DNA of 64,000 nt. It comes from the human T2T-CHM13v2.0 reference genome, Homo sapiens. The notes below the pieces were generated by a model. It was not told the origin of the DNA. It made no database searches and saw nothing but the letters and a program-made list of their open reading frames with translations. A program made the position numbers and the translations under genes. Within the stretch, counting starts at the first letter, position 1, and the number at the start of each line of letters is the position of its first letter. Location: assembly GCF_009914755.1 (NCBI RefSeq), contig NC_060929.1. One strand, given 5' to 3'. Shown here in pieces: positions 29,849 to 44,802 of the stretch.

Positions 29849-30704
29849 GAGCCAAGAATACTCATTGTTCTGCCAGTGATGTCTAGGAAAGGAATGCCAG
29901 GTGCTGCTAACATGGACATTTTAGTGATGACTCACAAGTTCATGCCTTATGGCTGGGGAAAGGCTCTGTGATGGGGCCGTGCCGTTTAGGATAGCACATT
30001 CAGACTTAATTCGTGTATGCAATGCTAGGAACGAAAGAAAGTGAATGTTTTTTTCTTTAGTGGGTAATTCTTCTCCTAGTCCTTTGGTAGAGAACATTGG
30101 TCTTTTCAGATTTTTGCAGGTTTTGTGTTCTTTCATGTCCTGCTCTTCATGTAGAGTTAGGCAGATGTCTTCACTCCTAATAGCTTTCCGATGGGATAGA
30201 ATAGAAATACTTGGTTTCACTAATTATTCTATTTAGTAATTACTCAAAAATTTGTTTGGACTTAAGTTTCCTGGTAACTGGGGCAGTAGTGGTGTTGGAG
30301 TATTGGCTGTGATGAGGATTACATTCCTTATTCTTACAGAGATGAGCCTGTTGAGGTTTATAAGAAATGTAGCTACTTCAGCTGTGTGTTTTGTATATGC
30401 CTGAATACAAAGTGATCCCCTCTTTGCCCAGTGAGAAGATCCCTGCAAAAGGTTTTAGGTCTACTTGAAAATATAAATTTTTAGGACTCTAAAAATATAG
30501 TTCAAAGTCCACCTATAATACTTAATTTGTTAATATATCATTCACTTACATATATAAAATCAATGTTGTTTTTTTGCACTCTCATGTCACACACTTTTAT
30601 TCAGACACTTCACATGCTCTTTCAACATTAGTGTGTTGATTATCATGAGGACACTTTTTTGTTCCCTAACACAGTCCAGAGCACATGATGGGGATACAGC
30701 ACTT

Positions 30705-31960
30705 TTTTTTTAATTTTAAATTTTTTGTAACTTGTTATTTTGAAATAATTTCAGACATACAGAAAAGTCGCAACAATGGTGTAAGGAACAACCATAAACC
30801 CTTTACCCAGTGCATCAATTTTTAACATTTAGCCACAATGATATCATTCCTTCTCTCTCTGTGTGGGTGTGTGAGTATTCACGTGAGTACAACTTGCATA
30901 CACACACATACACACTTTTTTCTGAGTCATTTGAGAATATGGTTGCATATACCATGCTTCTTCAGTAGTGAGTATTTTCTAAGAATAAAAGATATTCTTT
31001 TTATGTAAACACATCTGTTAGGTTGGTGCAAGAGTAATTATGGTTTTTGCCATTAAAAGTAATAGCTAAAATCGCAATTGAACTCTTGCCATTAAAAGTA
31101 ATGGCTAAAATCGCAATTGAACTCTTGCACCAACCTAATATCAAATTTAACATTGGTGCAATATTTAATCTGAACTACAGTCCGTATTCCAGTTTTGCCA
31201 GTTGTATCAATAATGGCCTTCTAAAGCATTTTGTTGTTCTCCAGTACAGAACCTCATACTGCATTTAGTTGTCATGACTTTAGTCTCCTTTAATCTGGAA
31301 CAGTTCTCCAGCTTTTCTTTGTCTTTCATGACATTGACATTTTTGAACAACACAGTCCAGTTCCTTTATACAGTTTTCTTCAGCATGGGTTTATCTGGTG
31401 TTTCTTCATGATTAGATTTGGATTATGCATCTCTGGTCAAATCCTACATAAGAGTTCTTCTCTGGGGCCACATCTGGACACATGTGGTGTCGACCTGCCC
31501 CTCAGTGGTGATGTAAATTTTGATCACCCAGTCAAGGTATTGTCTGGTTTCTCCACTATACAGTCACTATTTTCCCCTTGTAACTAATTAGCAATCTGAA
31601 GGTAACACCTTAAGATCATGTAAATATCCTTCTCCTTATCACACTTTACCTCCATAGATTTAGCATCCATTGACAATCCTTGCCTGAGCTGATCTTTACT
31701 ATGATGGTTGCAAAATGGTGACTTCTCAGTTCCACCAACCCCTCCACATTTAATAGTTGCCATTCAGTGTACTTATGTAAGGAAGAGTCCTGCTCCTCTT
31801 TCTTCCTCCCTCTCTCCCTTCCTACTGTCTATCCATCCATCCGTCCGTCCGTTATCCATCTTTCCATTGTCAGTTTGGATTTATGGGTTCCTCTTTTGTT
31901 CAGGAGGCTATAATTTATAACTGTCCTTATTTATCTTGATGCTCAAGTTGTCCAAGATAC
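30705..31960 (-). mobile_element. Old L1 3' region (L1MC/ME-like), interrupted by MADE1
   Basis: ttattttgaaataatttcagacatacagaaaagt...ctcctttaatctggaacagttc...tctttcatgacattgacatttttgaa. Confidence 0.7.
31018..31138. mobile_element. MADE1 (Hsmar1-derived MITE) with internal 39-bp tandem duplication
   Basis: TIRs TTAGGTTGGTGCAAGAGT ... ACTCTTGCACCAACCTAA; TA on the right flank, TG on the left. Confidence 0.92.
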
Positions 31961-33014
31961 AGTGCTTTGGGAATCTTTGTGTTGTTCAATTACTGGAATT
32001 TTTTCCCCAGTCTGTAAGAATACACTAAGATGGTTTGTATTTTCATTTGTCCTTGACGGCCCAGTGGAAACATTTACTGTTTTGTTTTTTAAGTTTACTA
32101 AATGACATCTAACACTTGCAGTTGGCAGTCATGCCATACCATTGATAATTATTAAACGTCTGCTAATTCTCTTTATGTTTAAACAATTTTTTTTTTTTAA
32201 CAATTTCTGCTGTGTGATCTCCATAAGCACCTAAAACTAGTATTGGTTGAAGTCCTTTGCAGGCTGACTAATGCCTTCTTCCTTTAATAGTGCTTTGTTT
32301 TCAAGTAATTGGCTAAGCACTGAGTAAAATCAGAGACTTGGCCAGAATACGACTGCATGGCACCTCCCTCTTGAGGTGACATACTAATCTTGAGGGACAT
32401 AGTCCTTAGAGGTTACATGTGGGCATTGACAGTCACTTCCACTCTGCATCTCTGGTGTCTCTGAGCTCTCCTTGTCTGCTTTTCAGATCTTCTTGAGTTC
32501 TGCTAAAGTAAGTTAGGGGTTTGGAAGTAGGTCAGAACCCCTGATGTCTGTGCACAGAGTCACAGAGCAGCTGTGTGGGAAGCATGATGTCATCGCAACA
32601 GATGGGAATGGTCACAAGCGCTTGGAGGAGGCTTTCTGCGTTCTCTCCTCAATCATCTTACTCCTGTCAGTGAAGAGAGTGGAAACTTCAGTTGGGGCTT
32701 GATGATGGGAACGGGGATTAGTTTCCCCAGGGAACCTTTACTTCCGTTGTATTTTAAGACCCACTGGATGTAGCATCAATGGGAAACAGTCTTCTTTGGT
32801 CCCTGGGGGAAATCCCGGGGTTGGTTTCATTTGAGCCTGTGGGATCAGATTTCTGTCTATTCATTCTAGCTAGTGTGGAGAATATATTACTTCTAACATA
32901 GTTTAAGGGTAGGGTAGATGAGCATTATGAATTATGGGTTGTGGTTTTTCCAGCTCATGATGTATAGCATACAGTGGAATGTATAGATATTTTATGGGAA
33001 ATATTACCTTTCAG

Positions 33015-33115
33015 GTCACTTTGGAACTTCTTGGGTGAAGCACTACTGTACATATCAACGGGATTCCAAACAAATCACCATGGTACCATTTGACCAAAAG
33101 TCAGGAGGAAAAGGG
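33015..33115 (+). CDS. ARHGAP26: ARHGAP26 coding exon (exon 9), PH domain, 101 nt
   Basis: cctttcAG|GTCACT...AAAGGG|GTgagt; encodes (R)HFGTSWVKHYCTYQRDSKQITMVPFDQKSGGKG. Confidence 0.96.
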
Positions 33116-33489
33116 GTGAGTTCATTTTTAAAATTTGATGTTTGATTTGCTTGGCTAACATATAATGATTATAATGCATGTATAAAGTAACACCTCCAGT
33201 GTTATATTTATGTTTCATCATAAATTTAAAATTAATAATTTAAAAAATTTTTATATAGTAGTTCAGGAAGCCTAAGAGGCTGAAGAATCGCTAAAATAAG
33301 ATGATTACTCTTAGCTCTAACTTACGTTAGGAACTGCAGTTAAGAAATATTTTTGTATTTCACATATATACAATATCAAGCGTATCAAATATTTTTATAT
33401 GCTGAAAATTATTGAATAACCTCATCCTGTGAAACTGATTCAGTCCCACTCCCACTTGATACCTGGAGAGCTGCCAGTGGCAACATAGA

Positions 33490-34090
33490 TGTCCTGGTTA
33501 CCTATTGCTGTGTAACAAGTCACCCCAAAACTTAGCAACATTTAAAACAACAGCAATCATTTTAGTATTTCTCATTGTTTCTGTGGGTCACGAATTCAGG
33601 GGGCATTTGGATGGGTGGTTCAGGCTTGAGGTTTCTCATAAAGTACTAAGCAGACAGTAGCTAGAGCTAGAACAAGGAGGGTCTGAAGCAGCTCAAGCTG
33701 GCCAGATACAGCTGTCATCCTCTCTCCTGTATCCTTTTCTTCCCTTTTCCCTCTTTCTCTGCATACTCCCAGGGCCTCGCCATTTGGTCTCTCTGTATTA
33801 GCAAGTTTGGGCTTCCTCACAGCATGGTGGCCTCAGGGCAGCAAAAGGTTTTAGGAGTGAATGTTCTAGAAACTAAAGTAGACACTGCATTGCCTTTTCA
33901 TGACTTAATCTCAGAAGTCATAGAGCCTTACTTTTACCTTATCTATTGGTTAAAATGGTCACAATAGCCCTCTCAGTTTCAGTGGGGGAGGAGGTAGACC
34001 CTGCCTCTCCATGGGAGGGGCATCAAAGTCTCATTGTAGGAAAAGCACGTGGCATAGAAGGTGATATGTAGCTATCTTTGGAAGAGACAG
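33490..34090 (-). mobile_element. MaLR solo LTR (MLT1H-like)
   Basis: ctattgctgtgtaacaagtcaccccaaaacttagc...gggcttcctcacagcatggtggcctcaggg. Confidence 0.75.
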
Positions 34091-35727
34091 TTGGGCACAT
34101 ATGGCTCCCTGGTGTCCCCGCCATTGGGCAGCTCCTTGAATGCTCCTAGTTCTTCCCTCCTCCTGGCTGTTGCCTCTCGCCTCCTGCCTGCTTGTGAGTC
34201 TCCTCTGAGTGTTCCCACAGCAGGCCACATGCATTTCTATGGAGGTGACCTGTCTTTTCTCTTTGCTCCTATGCTTTATTTTCTTCCTTTGATATTCTAC
34301 ATTTCATTATGATAGCCCTAGCTTTGATTTTTTTCTTTTTTAATCTATTGCTTGGGAGGTTTTGGTTTTCCAGGATTTGAGATTTGGTCTCTTCCAATAA
34401 CTCTGGAAAATTCTCACCAATTATCCCTTTGAGTTTCGCCTCCTTCCCATTCTATTGTCTCCCTCTGGAGATATTTAAATGTTTTTAATACAAATATTTA
34501 CATGTTTTATCTGTTTGAGTCTCTGGACTGTATTCTGAATAATTTCTCTTACTCTGTCTTCAGCTTAAATAGTTTTTCATTTGTGTCTAACCTGTCGATA
34601 AACTAGTCCTCTACAAGCATTCCACTTCGGTCCTCTCTGCAGTACATTTTTATGCAACATGTTGAGTTTGCGTGTGTGTGGGCATTATAGAGTAGGGGTT
34701 AAAAGCGCTGGCTTTGCTCTCAGTCTGCCTGGGCCAGTGCTGTTAGGTGCTGTTGTCATTACTGTTAGGTACTCAGCCATGTTGTGCTCCTTGTTCTCTT
34801 CCACTTCCAGTTTTTCTTCCTGGCTTTCTTTTACTTAAGCCATGATAGAGAAGTTTATCAGCATCTCTGTTCCTTCCCTGAATCAAAGCAATAACAAAGC
34901 CCTTTTTATGTTTCTTGGCAGGGGCAGGATTGATTTATAAATAATCTCAGGAAAACAGACATTAAAATGTCATAACAGAGAAATTACATTTAGGAGGAAT
35001 ATTAAAAACCTACATTATTAGGTGTCCCCTAGTTTTCATGAAATGGAAACAGAGTTGTGCCTGCTTTCCTTGGATTGAGCCTTAGTCCCTTCCCAATTCT
35101 TAGTCCTTCTAGAAATCAGCTTCACCAAATTGTTCTCTCACACAGTCTGTTTTTGGGCCTTTTATCTTGGGCTTTCTCAGACTTTTAATGAAGAACTCTT
35201 TTGTATTTTCTCTATTCCTTTCTTATCACACTTGAAAGTGAAGGGTAGAAACCAATTATAGTGGATGTTTGGTTCTCCAGAGACTTCAGAGAGTTACTAG
35301 AAAGCATGTCATTGGGTAGTGAAGAGGTTTATGTGAATTAGTATATAAAAATTTTTTGGAACAAATCCTGACACATAATGGGTGCTATATTAGGACCTTG
35401 ATATTATAAGAGTTAATTTTCCTAGTAATTCCTTACATTTAAATTATGTTTTATATTTTTCTGCAACCTTTTATTTATATTACCCTGTTTGATCCAGTTT
35501 TCCTCCTTTTACAAAGGAGGACATTGAGGTTAGGAGAGAGTATGATTTCTAAGGTCATTTAACAAGTTACAGAGCTGGTGCTCAAACGCTCTTTCCACAG
35601 TCTGAATCTCCTGATTCTGAACTCATTATACTTCCCATGACGTCACTATTTCCTCAGCTTTAGGGTGAAGGAAATATGAGGACTGGCTGTCTAGAGGTGA
35701 TGTCTTCTCGATTGTGTAGAGGAATCA

Positions 35728-36172
<445 letters not shown>

Positions 36173-37499
36173 TGCATACATGTTTGAACAGAGCTCTCCT
36201 AGGAGCTAGAGGTAGATAGAACATAGATAAATAGATAACATAAATATCTTTTAACCTAGATAATTGGGTGTTTTCTTTTCCTAACATGCTCTTTCTCCAC
36301 CTGTTAGGTTCCCTCACTGTCCTTTTCATTTGGATTATTTTCCTTTAAAAGTACCCACTGTTCTCATAGCTTCAGATCTGGAGTTGTGAGCAGATTTGCC
36401 ACATCCTCCTGGAGACCAGACCCTGTGTGTGACGGAAGAATTTCCCTGCATCCTACACTCTGACCTGAGGCACCTCTGCAGATCTGGAGCAGCCCAAAAC
36501 CGATCCTATCCCTTCTTTTGATTGAAACCCTTCTTTATTTTCCTGCTGCTCTCAGGATACAAACGAGAATCCTACATGGTCTTGCCTCTGTCACTCCTCA
36601 AAGTCTTCTTCTTTCTACTTTCCCTCACTCTGGGCTTCTAGCCACACCAGCTGCCCTGCTGTTTCTCCAAGCCTATGTGGACCCTGACCCCAGGGCCTGT
36701 CCACCTGCTCCATTCCCTCCTCCTTATTTTATTTCCTATGAATTCTTTCAGTTTCAGCTCAAGAAAGCTTTTCCTAACCTTCCTGACCAGGTCAGATCTC
36801 CTTAACTTTGGCTTTTTAAAAACAGAATTTTTCATGGTTATAACTTTTCATTTACTTGTTTAAGTGATATCCACGTCCCCCACTTTTTAAAGCAATCAAT
36901 AGTTGAACAGACCATCTTTATAGATTTTTGCTGATATGGTATGGTCATCCTTGGAACAGAATATTAATCTTCCTCCTCTTTCTGCATGTATTTGGTGATC
37001 CTTTATATATCCCTATTCCCTCCCATTTCTCTGGGACACCTCATGTAATCTTTCAAAGTGGAAGCTGGTCCATAGCCATTAAATCAGATTTATAGTTAGA
37101 CATCAGCAAAGTCAGAATCTCTTATGTTTGGGTGTTTGCACTCAGATATTTTACAGACTAGAGAAAGAGCAGTTCTGTCTGAGAAATTAATCTTTGCTAT
37201 TCAGTGGAAGACAATAGGTATAAGGCCTGTGAATATAAACTGTCTCCTCCTAGGCCTTCTGTGTTTTGTTTGCTCTTCTGATATTAGTGGGTGGTTAAAT
37301 TTTACCTTATGTAGCCACACTTTCTGTTATTTCAACAAACTGGGCAAGCTTGCTAATTTCCCCTGTTAGTTTAGATAAAAAAGATTGACAGAGGCAGGAG
37401 AAACAGAAACCCTAACAAATTCCTAAGTGACAGTAAGAAGAAATCAGGGACAGCAACTTCTGTGTTTCTGGGCAATAAACTAGTGCTATGAGATGAAAT

Positions 37500-37895
37500 T
37501 GTCACATTCAGTTGAACAATGGAATACTACTCAACAATAAAGAGAAATAAGCCCTTGATATGCACAACAATGTGGATGAATAGCAAAGCAATTACGTTAA
37601 GTGAAAAAAGCCAGACAAAAAGAGCACATACTGTGTAGTTCCATTTATATAAAATTATAGACTATGCAAACTAATCAATAGTTACAGAAAGCAGATTCAG
37701 CGATTGCTTGGGGATGTACTAGGAGGAGGGATGGATTGCCAGGGGATACAAGGAAACTTTTGGGGATGATGGAATTGTTTGCTGGCTTGGTTGTGGTGTT
37801 GGTTTCATGGATGTATATGACATCAAAATCTATAAGTTGTACAGTTCAACATGTACAGCTTATACCTTAATCATATGTCAGTAAAGTTGTTAAAA
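37500..37895 (+). mobile_element. Old L1 3' UTR fragment (L1MC/MD-like)
   Basis: caatggaatactactcaacaataaa...gtgaaaaaagccagaca...ttccatttatataaaat. Confidence 0.8.
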
Positions 37896-38509
37896 TGTAT
37901 TTATTGAGGAGCTACTCTTTTCTAGGATCCAGTTGGGCCCAGGAGACAAAAGTAAGCAAAATTTGACCCAGTCTCTGTTCTCAGGGTCCTGTGGTCTAAT
38001 GGAGAGAGAGACATTATTGTATTCATCACCTATATCAATGCGCAGTTTCAGCTATGGTCAGTGCTGTGATGGAGGGAGATGTACATGGTGCTTTGTGAAC
38101 ACGTTCTGGGGATATTTGTTCTGATCCAGGAAGATTTTTTTGGAGAAGTGATGACCAACCCAAGATCATAGAAGCTCAGAGTTAGGAGGAGACCATCTTC
38201 TTCTACTCTTATCAAACCTGCAAATTAAAACAATGTCAACACTCGTTTATCTACCATGGACAGATGCGGTGCCATCATGATCCACCCGTACTAAAGATGT
38301 TTGGGTCCAAGTCTAACATGGTATACGAATGTAAGCTGCATGAGGCTTTGTCCTGGAAAGGTTTATAGTCACCCTTCCACTGCCCATGGTCATGAGCACT
38401 CAGATTTGAGAAGATGAAATGATTGCTCCTGTTTACATGTCATGTATGTCCTGGGAGGAGTAGAGCTCCCATTCTGGCCTCATCTTGATAGTCTGTGTGT
38501 TCCCACTAG

Positions 38510-38604
38510 GGAGAAGATGAATCAGTTATCCTCAAATCCTGCACACGGCGGAAAACAGACTCCATTGAGAAGAGGTTTTGCTTTGATGTGGAAGCAGTAG
38601 ACAG
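38510..38604 (+). CDS. ARHGAP26: ARHGAP26 coding exon (exon 10), PH domain, 95 nt
   Basis: ttcccactAG|GGAGAA...GTAGACAG|GTgagt; encodes [31 protein letters not shown](R). Confidence 0.97.
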
Positions 38605-39664
38605 GTGAGTAGCTAGCATGCTTTTCTCAGGAGCAAATAGAGCTGAATTTCTATATCTTACTTTTTCTTTCCAGTCAAACCTTTTCTGCTTTTTTCCCCT
38701 TCTCCCCCTCCCTCCTTCCTTTCCTTCTCCCCCTGCCTCCTTCCTTTCCTTCTCCATCCATTCATCTATGTCCAGGGTGCTGGATCCAGGCTATTGCTGA
38801 TTTGCGAGAATCATTAGAACCTCCCTATCTTTTGGGTTCAGCACTGAATCACTGGCTTGGTTTTGTTTTACTTTAATATTAGTGCTTTCATGCTCAGAAA
38901 TGTGTGTTATATCTCCAGGAGATTGAGTAGTAGACTTTTAAAGAAAAGTATTTAGCATGATTGTATCAGCTATTTGAATTTTTTTTAACTGAAAAAGTTA
39001 GTATAATGATTCGAAAGGCATTGAAATGGAAGAAATTTTTCTCAAATAAAAAAACAGCTTTTAGTTACATTTCACCTACCAGTGTGTGTGCGTGCCCAGG
39101 AAAGACACCAAACCACTCGTGAAATCACAATTTTTTGGAGAGAGAGCCGTGTGTTGTATTCCTCGAGATTTATAGAGTCTCTCATTAAGTTGTACCATTT
39201 CGTGGTGTTAAGCTAGTTTGACAACATTCCAATTCTTTGAGACACTTTACTTGGCAACAGGTTAATTTTTTCAATGAAACCCACGTGTTAAGCTTATTTG
39301 AGCTGCCTGTTCAAGATCAGGAATGCTAGCACCAAGATCCTTAAATCTCAGCATGATACTCCGTATAATGCCATTTAATCTCTTCCTTTTATTAAAAAAA
39401 CATTATACCATTTCATCAAGCCAGTACTCACCCCTCCCTGGGAAGTTCATCTGTGGCCACCTTTCCCTGGCTCTATGGCATCCTGAGACTGAGTACTGCC
39501 TGGGGTTGCACTGCCTTCTTCTGGCAGGTGTCTACTCTGCACTGCAGGCTGCTGGGGCTGCTGGAGGCTGTTAGGCCTCCCATGGAGACAGCGTGCCCCC
39601 TTAGCCTTTATCAGAAATTCGTGGAAACTAACTGCATCTCTTAAGCAATTTAGTCATTACATCT

Positions 39665-39870
39665 TTGGCTGTCAAGCCAGACAACCTGGGTTCAAATTTT
39701 GACTTTGCTGCTTAGTAGCCATGTGACTTTGAGCAAATTACTTAATCTTTTGGAACCTTGATTTTCTCACCTGGAAAATGAAGTTCCCAGGATGGTTATA
39801 AGGATTCAAGGAAATAATGCATGTAAAATGCTTGGCAGAGGGGCAGATAATAAGTGCTCAACAAGTATTA
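39665..39870 (+). mobile_element. MIR SINE
   Basis: cctgggttcaaat...gtgactttgagcaaattacttaatc. Confidence 0.8.
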
Positions 39871-40475
39871 GCTGTTACTCTTTTTTGCTAATAGCTTATC
39901 CTGCGTGCTCCTCAGACTTGGTATTTCACTTCTAAACACAGAGAGGTACATATCCTTTACTGTGTGTAGAGGTGTGAGAGGGGAAGGTAAAGAAGAATAG
40001 CATGGGTGTGGGGTCGGAGGATAGCTTGAACTGGGGTAGCAAAGGGGAATTGCAAACAGCCTTCCCCAAACCAAATTTTGTTATTACTGGTTTTAAACAA
40101 AACCTAAACCTTGGTGCTTTAAGCATCTCCCTTCTCTTTTCTAAGCATGTGATTGAAGGGAATTCATATTATTGGCATCCTTGAAGGAGGTTCAGAAGAT
40201 CTGTTTGCATGGAAGTACAGCCACCTGTGATGCTCATCAAATGCACAGTTCCTAGAGATAACCGTCTGCTGCAGAGCTGCTTTGAAGAGGGCATGCTTTG
40301 TGTTGCAGCTCTCTGTCAGATTGGAAACAAGCCCAAATTTGCTTTCTGAAGCTGAATTATTTTTGTGTTTTCATCTTCAGAAGTTTCCCGAGAAGTTGCG
40401 GAGAGTGGCTTTTTAGGCGATTAAAGCTCACTGTGGCACCTCCATCTTATTTCCACCCTTGCCAGCACTTCCTAG

Positions 40476-40970
<495 letters not shown>

Positions 40971-42347
40971 TGAATCTCCTCTTAATGAACAGGAGGTAAG
41001 TAGACCGTCCTAGGAAACACCTCCTCTCAGTTTTCTATATAGATCCCAAAGATTAGGTTACAATACAGCAGGATTTTCCTCCTTTCTCCTTTTTTGACCC
41101 CAGTGCCTTTCTGTTTTTTTTCCCTCAATATTTAGAAGGGAGTCCGGGTAGAGAAGGAAAAGGCATTTTCATGCGCTGGGTAGCTGCATCCCTGGGAACT
41201 CTGCCCGGAATCCTTTTCTCTCAAAGACTCCTGTACTTTCCTTTTTCACCAATGTCCTTTAGCGAGGAGGTGATTGCTGCTAGATGCCCTGCTGTCCTGC
41301 CTTCCACAGGTTCCCCAGCTCCACCTGCTGGACCAGAGAGGCAGAGGATCAAAATGCAAGTTTAGCACCTAGGAAATGTGGAAGTGAAAGAGGGGATGGT
41401 TATATTTAATCGCATAAGGGTTTAAGGTACTCCTGGAGTATGTTAACTGGAGAATACACAAACATTTATGTAGTGACTAGAAATGTTTTATTCTATCAAG
41501 ATACAAATACATGTTGAAGTGTGAAGTATGTGACTTAGAATATGGGATATTGTGGATTTTTAAGATTGAATACATTTATCCTTTATACTTAATGCTGATA
41601 TATCATGTTATTTTGTAACAAAAGCTGTATCCTTTAGGAGGTGATATCCTAGGAGGTCAATATTGTGAGTTGATTACCGTACATCAACGTATTTTACTGT
41701 GGTGAAAACCACGTGCACTCAGTTACAGATTCCTGGTGCTTGTCCCACACCCACACAGTTCGACTTTCTGGGACTGAGACCCTGAAATCCATATTTTCAA
41801 GCTTTTTAGTTGTCCTTTATTCTTACTACTACTTGGTATGTTAAATACAATGTGTTTCACAATACAGTTTCATCAGAACACATGAAAACATTTTCCTAAT
41901 TTGAAAAATCACAACAAGCAACTACAGCAAAACAAAACAAAAAAAAATTCAGGCTCCTCTACTAAGGAGCTGAATGCTTACCTGTATGGAGGAGGAGAAT
42001 GTAACTACTAGGAAAGGTGATTTCTGGTCTCTGAGACAGATTACTTGACCAGGCAAAAGGCAAAAACAACCACCACAATAAAACCCCTGCCTTTTTAAAG
42101 GATGTGAAAATGGAGGAGGAGTGAGGCAACTGGTAGTATCAGAGCATTTCCTATAAGCTGAACACTTTCATCCTTGTGTTGTGTCATCCTCACTACAACC
42201 CAGGGGGGTAGGTCCTCCATTATTCCCATACTGCTGAGGAATCTGCAGTGTAGGGTGGTGAGGCCGTTTACTCAGGGCTAAGGTGGGATTTGAACTGAGG
42301 TTCTCAGGAGCCTGTTCCAGGGCACATTGGTGCCTCAAGACTTTGGA

Positions 42348-42665
<318 letters not shown>

Positions 42666-43009
42666 TAGAAACATTTTCCAGTGATGAGCTCAGAGCTGTT
42701 GGTGGTTGCATTTCAGAGACACCGCAGTGTCCAGTTTTCAGGCTGTGAAATCTGGGAAGTGCTATTGGCACCCTGTCAGTTGCATTTGGCATTGTAAACT
42801 ACAATGAAACTGTACAATATAAAGTACAATGAACTGAAGCAGCAAATTTGCCTCTCTTCTTATATCTACTCCTCTGTGACCTTCAGAAAGTCCTCCCGTG
42901 ACTAAATTAAAAGAAGCAATGCAGATAGAGCACAGTGACAGGCACATGGCACTGAATAGGTGTTCCATGAATGGTTTTTTGGTTTCTGTACACCTTTTCT
43001 TCCATCTTT

Positions 43010-43140
43010 TATTTATTTGTTTAGAGGTGGGTGGGGTCTCCTCATGTTGCCTAGGCTGGAGTTGAACTCCTGGGCTCAAGCAATCTTCCCACCTCAGCTC
43101 TCGAGTAGTTGAGAAGATAGGTACACCACTGTCACTGTCC
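43010..43140 (-). mobile_element. Alu monomer (FLAM-like)
   Basis: ggggtctcctcatgttgcctaggctggagttgaactcctgggctcaagcaatc. Confidence 0.7.
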
Positions 43141-43373
43141 CTAGCTCCACCTTTTATTTTTAAGGTGACACTCTTTTTTTTTTTAATCCAGGACAGCTAG
43201 CATGAGTAGGAGATATCCTAGCAGTAGTATCACTTGTCAGCTAATTGTTTTCATTGTATCACAATACATTGCTGTCAGTTTGTTAATCCTCAAATCCCTG
43301 ACACATAAGTCCTACAGAAAACTGTTGTCATTCTTTGAACAACGAATGAACTGAAAATCAAATTAAGTGTTAA

Positions 43374-43757
<384 letters not shown>

Positions 43758-44356
43758 GAGGATCCTTTTTAAAACCAAATACATTTCTAGAAATCTACTT
43801 TTAATTCTTATATATCTAAGTTGTTTTACCTTTGATATCTAAAAAGTAGACCTATACTCTCATCTCTGTGTCCACACCCTTTTGTATTGGCTTCTACATG
43901 ATTTCAGAGGTCACATCTCCTCTAATTTCTTTTCTCTAGTGCCTTCCTTTTTTTCAGAACTAGTTTTTGGGGTGGGGGGGATGTTCAAACCTGAACTACT
44001 GAGGACCCTAGGATTACATGGAGCAAATGTTTCACAGACTAATGTTAGCTCTTCATATCTCTGCTTTCCCTCAAAAAGATTTCATTGTTCCTAACATCAA
44101 AAAGCTAAAGTTAGTAGAAATTCTTTGTATTTCTTCAATCTCAAACCGAAAACTTGCTTGGATCAAGGTATCATGTCAGTCCAATCAATATAATGATTCT
44201 TTGAAGGTTCCTTCTGATTTCTTTTGAAATTCAGTTTAAAGACTCTAGCATTAATAATATGATATGGCTTTAAATAAATGTAACTTGTAGTAGTTGTGTG
44301 GTATGGCCACAACATGCTCCAAAGGATAATTTTAAAAAATTTCCTAGCAGATACTA

Positions 44357-44802
44357 GTTATAGATTAAATTGTGTCCCTGCCAAAATCATATGCTGAAGT
44401 CCTAATCCCCAGTATCTGAAAATGTTGCCTTATTTGGAGATTACTTGATAGAGATAATCAAGTTAAAATGACGTCATTAGGGTGGGCCTTAATGCGATAT
44501 TACCATTGTCCTTGTAAAAAGGGGAAATTTGGACCCAGAGATGGACATGTACACGAGAAGATACCGTGTTAACATGAAGGCAGAAGTCGAGGTGATGCAC
44601 CTACAAGCCAATGAACACCAAAGGTTGGCAGCAGAGCACCAGAAGCTAGAGGAGAGGCATGGAGCAGATTCTTCCTCACAGACCTCAGGAGGAACCCTTG
44701 ATCTTGAACTTTTAGCCTCTAGACCTGTGAAGCAATAAATTTCTGTTGATTAAGCCAGCCAGTTTGTGGCACTTTGTTACGGCAGCCCCAGGAAATGAAC
44801 GC
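44357..44802 (+). mobile_element. MaLR solo LTR (MLT1B/C-like)
   Basis: aattgtgtccc...gaagtcctaatccccagta...aataaatttctgttgattaagcc...ttgttacggcagccc. Confidence 0.85.

Noticed and set aside
31047-31124. Direct repeats as a CRISPR-like array, or the repeat peptide LPLKVIAKIAIEL
   Set aside because: The repeats abut with no spacers and are explained by duplication inside MADE1; eukaryotic context
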